NCBI GenBank assembly: GCA_024639505.1
Contig: JAHEIE010000019.1
Location: 4,056 to 68,055 of the forward strand
DNA: 64,000 nt
Reading direction: 5' to 3'
Source: Crocinitomicaceae bacterium
GTDB taxonomy: Bacteria > Bacteroidota > Bacteroidia > Flavobacteriales_D > CAJJDF01
Below, one piece after another: positions 19,566-28,558 of the stretch. The position numbers and the translations under genes are program-made. Under the pieces are notes generated by a model. The model was given only the letters and a program-made list of their open reading frames with translations. It made no database searches and was not told where the DNA came from. Positions within the stretch are counted from its first letter, which is position 1. Each line of letters opens with the position of its first letter.

Positions 19566-20549
19566 TTATTTAATGAACTTATCAAAGTTGTAATGATCCA
19601 CCTCGGACAACTCGTTTTTTGATAATGATTTAAAAAAATCATACGTTAATTTAAGTCCTTCTTGTCGAGATACTTTTGGTTCCCAACCCAGAATTTCCTT
19701 TGCTTTTGTAATGTCTGGCCTTCTTTTTTTAGGATCATTCTCAGGCAATTCCTTGTATATCACTTTCTGGTTAGTTCCGGTTAGTTTAATTATCTCCTCG
19801 GCAAAATCTCCAATTGTAATTTCGTCTGGATTTCCTATGTTAACAGGCTCTACATAATCGGACTGTAACAATCTACAAATCCCTTCTACCAAATCATCAA
19901 CATAACAAAACGAACGAGTTTGAGAACCATCGCCAAAAACGGTTAAATCTTCTCCTCTCAACGCTTGACCTATAAAAGCTGGCAAAACCCTTCCATCGTT
20001 TAATCTCATTCGGGGACCGTAAGTATTAAAAATCCTTATAATTCTGGTTTCTACTCCGTGAAATCTATGATAAGCCATTGTAATAGCCTCCTGAAAACGT
20101 TTCGCTTCATCATATACACCTCTTGGCCCAATAGGATTTACATTTCCCCAATACTCCTCTGTTTGTGGGTGAATCTCTGGATCTCCATAAACTTCCGATG
20201 TACTAGCAATCAACATTCTTGCGTTTTTTGATTTTGCCAAACCTAGTAAGTTATGAGTACCTAAAGATCCTACTTTCAGGGTTTGAATTGGAATTTTAAG
20301 ATAATCAATAGGACTTGCGGGTGAAGCAAAGTGAAGAATATAATCCAATTCACCAGAAACATGAACATAATTAGAAATATCGTGATTATGAAACTCAAAA
20401 TTTTCAAGAGGAAACAGGTGTTCAATATTCTTTAATCTACCTGTAATAAGGTTATCCATGGCTATCACATGATATCCATCTTTGATAAATCTATCACACA
20501 AATGTGACCCTAAAAACCCTGCTGCTCCTGTTATTAGTACTTTCTTCAT
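19566..20549 (-). CDS. UDP-glucuronate decarboxylase (UDP-xylose synthase)
   Basis: [17 protein letters not shown] and STSEVYGDP...YDEAKR SDR motifs; overall UXS-like sequence. Confidence 0.85.
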   Translation of the reverse strand: MKKVLITGAAGFLGSHLCDRFIKDGYHVIAMDNLITGRLKNIEHLFPLENFEFHNHDISNYVHVSGELDYILHFASPASPIDYLKIPIQTLKVGSLGTHNLLGLAKSKNARMLIASTSEVYGDPEIHPQTEEYWGNVNPIGPRGVYDEAKRFQEAITMAYHRFHGVETRIIRIFNTYGPRMRLNDGRVLPAFIGQALRGEDLTVFGDGSQTRSFCYVDDLVEGICRLLQSDYVEPVNIGNPDEITIGDFAEEIIKLTGTNQKVIYKELPENDPKKRRPDITKAKEILGWEPKVSRQEGLKLTYDFFKSLSKNELSEVDHYNFDKFIK

Positions 20550-20558
20550 TTTGATTTT

Positions 20559-21869
20559 TTAAACTATTTCTCTACCGATACTTTGGTATCTAAATCCATA
20601 TCTTTTCATATCTTCCAAGTCATACAAATTACGACCATCAAAGATAGTTGGCTCTGCCAAAGACTCTTTGATTCTATTAAAATCTGGAGTCCTAAAAACT
20701 TGCCATTCCGTGGCAATAATCATAAAATCAGCGTTGTTAAGAGCGTCATATTGATTTTCTACAAAAGAAATTTTAGATCCGTAAATCTCTTTTACATTTT
20801 CCATTGCCTCCGGGTCAAAAGCTTGAATTGTACATCCTTCTGCCAACAAAGCATCTATAATATACAAAGCCGGTGCCTCTCTAATATCGTCTGTATCTGG
20901 TTTGAAAGCTAATCCCCAAAGTGCGATGTTCTTTCCTTTTAAATCTCCTCCGTAATATTGTTTTATTTTATCTACTATGATTACTTTTTGTCTTTCATTC
21001 ACCTCTATTACTGAGTTTATGATTTTAAAATCATATCCATTGTCATTACCCGATTTAATCAAAGCTTTTACATCTTTAGGAAAACAACTTCCTCCGTACC
21101 CTATTCCTGGAAATAAAAATCTATTTCCAATTCGAGCGTCAGATCCAATTCCTTTTCTCACCATATCCACATCTGCTCCTACGATTTCACAAAAATTTGC
21201 AATCTCGTTCATAAAAGTAATCTTAGTTGCAAGGAATGAGTTTGCCGCATACTTGGTAAGTTCTGCGGACTTTTCATCCATAAAATAAATTGGATTTCCT
21301 TGTCTTACAAAAGGCTTGTAAAGTTCCTCCAATATTTTTCTTGCTTTTGCAGATTCTGTTCCAATCACTACTCTATCCGGCTTCAAAAAATCGCTTACTG
21401 CAAAACCTTCTCTCAAAAATTCCGGATTAGAAACTACATCAAACCCTACAGAAGTGTTTTTAGCAATAGCTTCTTTCACCTTGTCCGCTGTACCCACAGG
21501 CACAGTACTTTTATCAATAATTATTTTGTAATCCTTTATCAGTTTACCTAATTGATCAGCTACTCCTAAAATGTAACTTAAATCTGCTGAACCATCTTCG
21601 CCAGGAGGTGTTGGAAGTGCTAAAAATATAATTTCAGCATTTTCAATGGAAGATTCAATATCCGTTGAAAATTTTAACCTTCCTTGTTTTTGATTTCTTT
21701 CGAATAATACATCCAATTGAGGTTCGTAAATTGGAACCTCACCATTCTTCATTCTTTCTACTTTGTTTGCATCAATATCTACACAAACTACATTGTTTCC
21801 AGTCTCGGCAAAACAAGTTCCTGTAACTAAACCAACGTATCCAGTTCCTATAACTGCTATATTCTTCAT
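20559..21869 (-). CDS. ugd: UDP-glucose 6-dehydrogenase
   Basis: IAVIGTGYVGLVTGTCFA and GYGGSCFPKDV catalytic Cys block. Confidence 0.9.
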   Translation of the reverse strand: MKNIAVIGTGYVGLVTGTCFAETGNNVVCVDIDANKVERMKNGEVPIYEPQLDVLFERNQKQGRLKFSTDIESSIENAEIIFLALPTPPGEDGSADLSYILGVADQLGKLIKDYKIIIDKSTVPVGTADKVKEAIAKNTSVGFDVVSNPEFLREGFAVSDFLKPDRVVIGTESAKARKILEELYKPFVRQGNPIYFMDEKSAELTKYAANSFLATKITFMNEIANFCEIVGADVDMVRKGIGSDARIGNRFLFPGIGYGGSCFPKDVKALIKSGNDNGYDFKIINSVIEVNERQKVIIVDKIKQYYGGDLKGKNIALWGLAFKPDTDDIREAPALYIIDALLAEGCTIQAFDPEAMENVKEIYGSKISFVENQYDALNNADFMIIATEWQVFRTPDFNRIKESLAEPTIFDGRNLYDLEDMKRYGFRYQSIGREIV

Positions 21870-21872
21870 ATT

Positions 21873-23000
21873 TTATTTTTTAAATTCTTTTACTGTTTTA
21901 GTAATAAATTCCAAGTGTTCATCAGAAAGTTCCGTGTGCATAGGCAACGAAATAACCGATTCGTTCAATGCTTCCGTATTAGAGAAATCAACTGAATCAT
22001 ATCTAGAATCTTTATAAGCTTTTTGCTTATGCAAAGGCAATGGATAATAAACCATTGCAGGCACACCATTTTCTGACAAATAAGAACGTAGTTCATCTCT
22101 ATTTATTCCTTTTGTCTTTAGAGTATATTGGTGAAAAACATGTGTCGATTTGTTATCTCTGGCAGGAATAGTTAACCAATCCAATTCAGAAAACGCATTA
22201 TCGTAATAAGTAGCCGCCTTATTTCTACTTTCAATATAAGTATTTAAATGCGGAAGTTTTTTTCTCAATACAGCTGCCTGAATACTATCTAGCCTAGAAT
22301 TCACACCTATTTCATCGTGGTAATATTGTCTGCTTTGCCCGTGGTTAGCTATCATTTTTAATTTCTTAGCTAATTCATCATCATTGGTAAACATAGCCCC
22401 ACCATCACCGTAACAACCTAAGTTCTTGGATGGGAAAAAAGAGGTTGTACCAATATTACCTATTGTTCCAGCTTTTTTTGATTCACCATTAGAAAATGTA
22501 TAGTCTGCACCAATTGCTTGAGCAGTATCTTCGATCACAAAAAGATTGTATTGCTTCGCAATCCTCATTACTTCTTCCATATTAGCACATTGGCCGTAAA
22601 GATGAACGGGAACTATTGCTTTTGTATTGGAAGTAATTGCATTCTCAAGCGAAACTGTGTCAATATTAAAAGTGTCTGGATTTACTTCTACCAAAACTGG
22701 AGTTAAATTGAGCAGCCCAATAACTTCTACTGTTGCAACATAAGTGAAGTTTGCTGTAATTACTTCATCTCCTGGCTTCAGTCCCAAAGCCATCATGGCT
22801 ATTTGCAAGGCATCTGTACCATTAGCACATGGTATCACGTGTTTCACATCTAAGTAATCCTCAAGGTCTTTTTGAAAACCTTTTACCTCGGGACCATTGA
22901 TATATTGCGATGACTGAACTACACTTAGTATAGCTTCATCAATGCCTGTTTTAATTTTTTCGTATTGACCAAGTAGGTCAACCATTTGGATGTCTTTCAT
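21873..23000 (-). CDS. DegT/DnrJ/EryC1 PLP-dependent sugar aminotransferase (WbpE-like)
   Basis: CANGTDALQIAMMAL and SFFPSKNLGCYGDGG (PLP lysine region). Confidence 0.85.
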   Translation of the reverse strand: MKDIQMVDLLGQYEKIKTGIDEAILSVVQSSQYINGPEVKGFQKDLEDYLDVKHVIPCANGTDALQIAMMALGLKPGDEVITANFTYVATVEVIGLLNLTPVLVEVNPDTFNIDTVSLENAITSNTKAIVPVHLYGQCANMEEVMRIAKQYNLFVIEDTAQAIGADYTFSNGESKKAGTIGNIGTTSFFPSKNLGCYGDGGAMFTNDDELAKKLKMIANHGQSRQYYHDEIGVNSRLDSIQAAVLRKKLPHLNTYIESRNKAATYYDNAFSELDWLTIPARDNKSTHVFHQYTLKTKGINRDELRSYLSENGVPAMVYYPLPLHKQKAYKDSRYDSVDFSNTEALNESVISLPMHTELSDEHLEFITKTVKEFKK

Positions 23001-23017
23001 GCCCTATAGATAAGTTG

Positions 23018-23025
23018 CAAATATA
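23018..23025 (-). promoter_or_regulatory. Bacteroidota -7 box TATATTTG, the likely operon promoter for the sugar-nucleotide/T9SS-cargo gene string
   Basis: The minus strand reads TATATTTG, ending 18 nt upstream of ATG 23000. Confidence 0.55.
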
Positions 23026-23090
23026 CTGAAAAAATCAACTTGAATTGGACATTCACTAGCCTAGTGTTTCATTTTATGAACACCAGACTT

Positions 23091-23333
23091 TTATTTTTTT
23101 GATTTTAAAACCGAAATGTAAATAATTCTAAGAATAAGAATTACTGAAATAAGAAGAGAACCACCGTGCATTACAAAATCAAACCAATCCATTGGCTTCA
23201 TTCCTACAGCTCCTCCAGCTACCCAATTTACTTTACCAATGAGGTGCGGATCACCAATTGGAGCCAATCCTAAAAAAGCTAGTAAAGCGACCAGTATTAA
23301 TTGATTAGAGATGGTCGGATTTTTACTTGACAT
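23091..23333 (-). CDS. Small two-TM membrane protein, function unknown
   Basis: 80 aa from MSSKNPT with two hydrophobic helices. It overlaps the rhodanese stop by 11 nt. No family recognised. Confidence 0.45.
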   Translation of the reverse strand: MSSKNPTISNQLILVALLAFLGLAPIGDPHLIGKVNWVAGGAVGMKPMDWFDFVMHGGSLLISVILILRIIYISVLKSKK

Positions 23334-23745
23334 AGTCGAAATTTGCTTTTCTCCAAGCTCCAAATCCACCCAGCATATTATACATTTCAGAAAAACCAGA
23401 ATCAGCTAGTTTATTCATGGCTCCAGAGGACCTACCACCAGAAGCGCAATAAATCAATAACTTTTTTGAGTTATCCAGTTTCGATACTTCGGCAACAAAA
23501 TTTGAAGAAAAAAAGTCAATATTTATAGCGTTTTCCAAATGACCCGCTTGAAACTCTACTGCTCTTCTAACATCTAAAACTATTGTCTTTTCGGAGATTT
23601 TATTTTTGAAATCCTCGACACTTAAATCCTTTCTTACCTGATTAGAAGTTTGACTTTCCTCGTTAACAGATTCCATATTATTGGAACACGACAACATAGA
23701 CACTGATCCCATTAACAGGAATGGATAAATTATTCTTTTTAACAT
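23323..23745 (-). CDS. Rhodanese-domain lipoprotein
   Basis: Lipobox-like SVSMLSCSNN and active-site loop YCASGGRS. Confidence 0.8.
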   Translation of the reverse strand: MLKRIIYPFLLMGSVSMLSCSNNMESVNEESQTSNQVRKDLSVEDFKNKISEKTIVLDVRRAVEFQAGHLENAINIDFFSSNFVAEVSKLDNSKKLLIYCASGGRSSGAMNKLADSGFSEMYNMLGGFGAWRKANFDYVK

Positions 23746-24125
23746 TATATTTTCTTTTTATATGACATAAATAAATTTGCCCAGATAATTTTGGACAAAG
23801 AATACAAAAACGGACCTAAAACTACCATCGCAATTCCTATGAATAATATATATTCAAACGCTCCAGGATTCGGATAAAACAAATAGGTAAGAAGGAAAAC
23901 AGCAACAAAAACAGCAACTCCAAGAGCATAAGAAACATACATGGCTCCGTAATAAAAACCTGGTTCTTTGGAAAACGACTCCTTACAAACAGAACAGCTC
24001 TCATGAACTTTTCCTAAATTTTTAAAATTATAAGGTCCAGAAACAAAAAACTCTCCTTCCTGACAATGCGGACATTTACGTTTTAAAATACTAAATAACT
24101 TGGTTCCCTTTTTTAACATACTCAA
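23745..24125 (-). CDS. DUF983-like zinc-ribbon membrane protein
   Basis: CPHCQEG...CSVC four-Cys ribbon followed by two TM helices. Confidence 0.6.
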   Translation of the reverse strand: MSMLKKGTKLFSILKRKCPHCQEGEFFVSGPYNFKNLGKVHESCSVCKESFSKEPGFYYGAMYVSYALGVAVFVAVFLLTYLFYPNPGAFEYILFIGIAMVVLGPFLYSLSKIIWANLFMSYKKKI

Positions 24126-24171
24126 AAGTAATTATTGTGTGAATGAAATTAAGTAATAAATGTTACACTCC

Positions 24172-24843
24172 CTATTCTTTTATAGCAATAGTCATCTCTC
24201 TTTTCCCAGGAGGACCGGGAACATTCTTGACAGTAAAACCCACAGACTTCAAATCTCTCTTGAACTGACCCATAGCGCAATACGTAACTAAAATGCCATT
24301 ATTGCTAATTACTCCGTACAACTTCTCAAATATTTCTTTCTCCCACATTTCACTTTGAGCGCGAGGACCAAAAGCATCATAAAAAACAATGTCAAAATCA
24401 TTCTCTGGAACAAATTCCTGAACACTTGAATTAATCTTCTCTATAGTCAAAAACTCATGAATTGAATTCTTCTTTTCCCAATCAGAAGAATGAATTTCCA
24501 AAAAAAATGATTTTGACAGAGAAGGCTCATGCTCTAAATAATTCAATTTATCTATAATTTCAATTTTCAAAGGAACCGTCTCTAGTCCAACATAATTGAT
24601 TTGCTGTTTGTTTCGAACAGAAAAATCACTCGTTAGCAAAGCATTTAATCCTGTTCCAAATCCAACTTCAAGAACATGAATACAATCCTTTGACAGCAAT
24701 TCCAGTCCATTCATTATAAAAACATGTTTAGCTTCTTGCATGGCCCCATGAGAAGAGTGATAGGTCTCATTTATATCAGCCACGTATAAAGTAGTTGAAC
24801 CATCTTTTGTTTCTTTTATTGATATATTTTTCAAATCTTTCAT
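24172..24843 (-). CDS. mnmD: tRNA (mnm5s2U34) methyltransferase, stand-alone MnmD/MnmC methyltransferase domain
   Basis: SSHGAMQEAKHVFI and VLEVGFGTGLNALLT SAM motif, plus FYDAFGP. Confidence 0.75.
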   Translation of the reverse strand: MKDLKNISIKETKDGSTTLYVADINETYHSSHGAMQEAKHVFIMNGLELLSKDCIHVLEVGFGTGLNALLTSDFSVRNKQQINYVGLETVPLKIEIIDKLNYLEHEPSLSKSFFLEIHSSDWEKKNSIHEFLTIEKINSSVQEFVPENDFDIVFYDAFGPRAQSEMWEKEIFEKLYGVISNNGILVTYCAMGQFKRDLKSVGFTVKNVPGPPGKREMTIAIKE

Positions 24844-24872
24844 AAAAAAAGCCCTGAATAAATTCAGGGCTT
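24844..24872 (-). terminator. Rho-independent terminator of the PorE-like gene
   Basis: Perfect 9-bp stem AGCCCTGAA/TTCAGGGCT, followed on the minus strand by a T7 run. Confidence 0.8.
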
Positions 24873-24897
24873 GAAATAAAATATTAAAGTTCTAATA

Positions 24898-26895
24898 CTA
24901 CTGAACAATTCTAAACTCTGTTCTTCTGTTTCTTTGGTGCTCTGCCTCACTACAACCAGAACCTGAACCACTATTACAATCGCAGTTATTCAACAATTTT
25001 GATTCTCCATAGCCTTTGCCAAAGATTCTTTCTGATGAAATTCCTTTTGAGATTACGTAATCCTTTGCTGACTTCGCTCTTTTATTTGACAGACTCTGGT
25101 TATAAGAATCGGAAGCTCTACAATCTGTATGAGAACCTATTTCAACCTTAATGCTCTTATTGGCATTCATGCACTCCACTAATTTATCAAGCTCTTTCAT
25201 CGCTTGCTTCGTGATAGAACTCTTATTCAAGTCATATAAAATTGCATCAATGTTACAAAATTCCGCAATTTCAGATCCTTCAGAAACATTTTGAATCGAA
25301 GTATTTAAGAATTCATTTAAATTTATAGCCCCACTCTTTTCAAACGTTTTATTAAAAGGCAAGGACTTGGTTAAGTATCCCTTTTTACTAATGATTACAT
25401 CATAATTCATTTCATAACCTGGACAAGGCTTTCCTTCAAGTACATACTCAAATTCTCCTTTTTCATTAGTAATGAACTCTTGCACCATACCCGAAGACTG
25501 ATCTCTTAACTTTACAGAAGCTCCTTGTACACCAGTTCCTGTTTTTAAATCAGAAATTTGACCAACTAAAGAACATGAAGAAATCTCTTCTTCTACTTTA
25601 TCTTCTTGTGTCGAGATAGTAAATCTGTAAATATCATCTCCTCCTTTAGCAGTTTCACCCTTACGGTTTGAAGTGAAATAACCTTCATCTTCCAACCAAC
25701 CTGTTATTAATCCAAAATCGTCACTGTTCGTGTTGATCGGAAATCTCATATTTTGTGGCTCTCCAAATTCTCCATTTTTACCTTTAGCCATGAAAATGTC
25801 CAATCCTCCAAGACCAACAAAACCGTTAGATGAAAAATATAAATTTCCTTTTTTGGACAAGAAAGGAAATAATTCTTTTCCTTCAGTATTAATAGACTTG
25901 ACATTAACAGGCTTAGACCATGAACCTTCAACAAGAGTAGACATCCAAATATCTGTCTCTCCTTTTGACCCAGGCATATCAGAAGCAAAATACATTAACT
26001 TACCATCTTCCGATACAGAAGCATGTCCTACTGAATAGTCATCACTATTGTGAACAAAGCTTACTAAATCAGACCAATCTCCGTTTGCATCTTTAGTAGA
26101 AATAAACAACTTTAGGTTATTAATTCTTTTAGCGTCTTGACCTTTTTTACCATTCAAAAAGTTACTTCTCGTTAAATACATAACCGAACCGTTGTTACTA
26201 AAAGAAACAGGTCCTTCGTGGTATCTTGATTTGAAGTTTGTTTCAAATCTTGAAACTCTTACTTGCTCACCATCACCACCGATTTCAGCCATATACATAT
26301 CAGTAAAATCTTCACCATCCCACTGAGACTTAGAACTAAAAAGACTTGAATTTGCAGATCTTGCAGAAGCAAAAACTAAATTCTCTACTCCGTTAACTGA
26401 ATAATAACTAGGGGCAAAATCTGAACTTGCAGAGTTTACTTGTAACAAAGAAACTTTGTGCCCTTCAGTGTTCTTCTTTAATGTGTTCCAATATTCACCA
26501 GCATTTTGATGAGCCATAACAATTGAATTACTTCCTCCGATAGACTTTAATATCTGACCAGCCTTGTCATATTTACCATTCATTTTCAAAATCTGAGCAA
26601 AATTAATAAGATCCTGAGATTCAGTCATTGATTTATCAGCAAGTAAAGTGTACCACCTCTCAGCTTCAACAGTATTACCTGTGTGCATGTTACTTTCCGC
26701 TGCTCTTCTAATTTGATGTGCCGTAGCGTCAGACTTTTCTGCCAACTCTGAATACATTTCACCAGCTTCTACAAACGACAATAATGCAAACTTTTTATCC
26801 GCTACTTTCTCTTTCATACCTTGAGCAGTAACTATCACAGTTGCTGAAGTCAAAAGCATTACTAACGTTATTTTTTTAAAACTATTATTCAACAT
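24898..26895 (-). CDS. PorE-like T9SS-associated OmpA-family protein (TPR + beta-propeller + CarboxypepD_reg + OmpA_C)
   Basis: Four-domain order readable in sequence: N-terminal TPR-like helices, PD40-like propeller (GGLDIFMAKG), CRD (LVGQISDLKTGTGVQGASVKL), and OmpA_C (VEIGSHTDCRASDSYNQSLSNKRAKS...RRTEFRIV). Confidence 0.75.
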   Translation of the reverse strand: MLNNSFKKITLVMLLTSATVIVTAQGMKEKVADKKFALLSFVEAGEMYSELAEKSDATAHQIRRAAESNMHTGNTVEAERWYTLLADKSMTESQDLINFAQILKMNGKYDKAGQILKSIGGSNSIVMAHQNAGEYWNTLKKNTEGHKVSLLQVNSASSDFAPSYYSVNGVENLVFASARSANSSLFSSKSQWDGEDFTDMYMAEIGGDGEQVRVSRFETNFKSRYHEGPVSFSNNGSVMYLTRSNFLNGKKGQDAKRINNLKLFISTKDANGDWSDLVSFVHNSDDYSVGHASVSEDGKLMYFASDMPGSKGETDIWMSTLVEGSWSKPVNVKSINTEGKELFPFLSKKGNLYFSSNGFVGLGGLDIFMAKGKNGEFGEPQNMRFPINTNSDDFGLITGWLEDEGYFTSNRKGETAKGGDDIYRFTISTQEDKVEEEISSCSLVGQISDLKTGTGVQGASVKLRDQSSGMVQEFITNEKGEFEYVLEGKPCPGYEMNYDVIISKKGYLTKSLPFNKTFEKSGAINLNEFLNTSIQNVSEGSEIAEFCNIDAILYDLNKSSITKQAMKELDKLVECMNANKSIKVEIGSHTDCRASDSYNQSLSNKRAKSAKDYVISKGISSERIFGKGYGESKLLNNCDCNSGSGSGCSEAEHQRNRRTEFRIVQ

Positions 26896-26931
26896 AATTA
26901 ATTGTATTTTATTTTATAACAAATCTAGAAA

Positions 26932-27870
26932 TTAAAATCTTCTTGGAGATTTAAATCCTTTACCTAGGAAATCTAAATCATAACCCAACATAATCTCGTG
27001 AGATCCGGCATTGAATTCGCCAAGTTCAGACGTATTATAATCGTAAGCGTAACCTACTCTAAACTGAGGTGTAAAATGATAAACTAAATTCCCTACGAAA
27101 GAATCGTTTATTCTGTAACCTCCACCAATCCAAATTTTATCATAGAACATAAAGTTTACATTCATGTCAATAGTTGGTCTTGTATTTTCCACCAATTTAA
27201 CTAAAGCAGATGGCACAATATCAAAAACACTGTTAATTTCAAATGTTCTTCCTGCTGTCAAAAACAAATGTCTAGCTTGGTAAGCTTGAGCACCGTTCAC
27301 ACTTCCTCCTTCAAGTTCGTTTTGAACAATTTTTGGAACAGTCAATCCAATGTAATATTTGTCTGAATTTAAATACAATCCAAAACCAAAGTTTGGCATA
27401 ACCTCATTTTGAATTGGAGTAAAGTACTGTCTATCATTCTCATCTCTCACTCTTAAATCTCCAAAGTCCGCAGAAAAAATATCAACTCCTCCTTTCAGAC
27501 CGAAAGCTAAACTACTATTTTTTGACACCTTAATTCTATAAGCAAGATCTCCGTAAATTCCAGTTGTTTGCGTTGGTCCAATTTCATCTTGAATCACAGA
27601 TAAACCGACTGAAACCGCCTCATTTCTGAGCGGAGTATGCAACGAAAGGGTTGCAGTAGTAGGAGCTCCATTAATATTTACCCACTGGTTTTTACCTATT
27701 AATGAAACGCTCAAAGCATCTCTCGAACCAGCGTAAGCCGGATTAACAGTTAATGGATTGAACATGTACATTGAAAATTGGGCATCCTGCTGACCTATAA
27801 CAACTACTGAGGAGAACATTAGTGCGCATGACACTAGGGCATTCTTTAGATTTAATACTTTATATTTCAT
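26932..27870 (-). CDS. PorP/SprF family type IX secretion system membrane protein
   Basis: QQDAQFSMYMFNPLTVNPAYAG and the C-terminal GYAYDY...SHEIMLGYD. ATG 27870 is preferred to TTG 27894. Confidence 0.85.
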   Translation of the reverse strand: MKYKVLNLKNALVSCALMFSSVVVIGQQDAQFSMYMFNPLTVNPAYAGSRDALSVSLIGKNQWVNINGAPTTATLSLHTPLRNEAVSVGLSVIQDEIGPTQTTGIYGDLAYRIKVSKNSSLAFGLKGGVDIFSADFGDLRVRDENDRQYFTPIQNEVMPNFGFGLYLNSDKYYIGLTVPKIVQNELEGGSVNGAQAYQARHLFLTAGRTFEINSVFDIVPSALVKLVENTRPTIDMNVNFMFYDKIWIGGGYRINDSFVGNLVYHFTPQFRVGYAYDYNTSELGEFNAGSHEIMLGYDLDFLGKGFKSPRRF

Positions 27871-27891
27871 AAATAATTCATATATATTGAG

Positions 27892-27899
27892 CAAATATA
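27892..27899 (-). promoter_or_regulatory. Bacteroidota -7 box TATATTTG for the PorP/PorE-like operon
   Basis: The minus strand reads TATATTTG, 22 nt upstream of ATG 27870. Confidence 0.55.
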
Positions 27900-28057
27900 G
27901 ATTTACTAAATGATTTTAACAAGGTTTATTTACATTTTTTAACTGAAAAATGATAAAATTATTTTTTAAAACTAAAATCAACCTTTTCTGTATTAGTATT
28001 TTACAAGAAATTGAAAACTTACAGTTGAAAATTAATTTGAATACAGATTCAATTATC

Positions 28058-28558
28058 CTATTTTATGGTCTTAAACGCTGCGCTTCGAAACACACCATTT
28101 GCCATTCCAGAAAATGAAATGGAGAGAGTTTTACCTTCTAAATGATAATTCAGGTTAGTTGGAAACTCATCGGTAGTATTCACAAAACTGATATAATTCT
28201 CTCCCAATGAATCCTGTATAAAGGTTGTTAGTTTTTCTCCTTCCACTATCGAATAATAATATTTGCCATCAGTTTTTGTCAATCCCAATTCGGTAGAACT
28301 AGAATTATTTCCATTTGATATTTGATACTTTTCACCAGAAAATGACTCATTTCCTGTTTTGTTCCAATTCTCTGCAAAAGTTACTTTTCCATTAAACAAA
28401 GTTGAATCTCGCCAACTCCCAACAACCCAATCTAACTTAAAATCTGTGAGTTCGTTTATCTCCAATTCCGAATCTTTTGTATTCTCCTCTATTGGCAATG
28501 AATCGCTACAATTCATTAATGACAAAAGAAACAAAACACCTAAAATTCTATTATACAT
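28058..28558 (-). CDS. Small lipoprotein, lipocalin-like/DUF6265-like
   Basis: Lipobox LSLMNCS and a WVVGSWRD motif. The family call is tentative. Confidence 0.45.
   Translation of the reverse strand: MYNRILGVLFLLSLMNCSDSLPIEENTKDSELEINELTDFKLDWVVGSWRDSTLFNGKVTFAENWNKTGNESFSGEKYQISNGNNSSSTELGLTKTDGKYYYSIVEGEKLTTFIQDSLGENYISFVNTTDEFPTNLNYHLEGKTLSISFSGMANGVFRSAAFKTIK

Noticed and set aside
23323-24843. A functional link between the rhodanese and mnmD (sulfur relay for s2U34 tRNA modification)
   Set aside because: The rhodanese carries a lipoprotein signal peptide and so should be extracytoplasmic, which is incompatible with tRNA thiolation. MnmD performs methylation, not thiolation.
25730-26038. 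A 102-aa antisense ORF resembling another antisense ORF at 50327-50722 (shared ...SNPP.P.KPLDEK...)
   Set aside because: The similarity is explained by the two host genes being PorE-like paralogs. Both ORFs are the reverse frame of the conserved GGLDIF propeller region, not an independent conserved gene.
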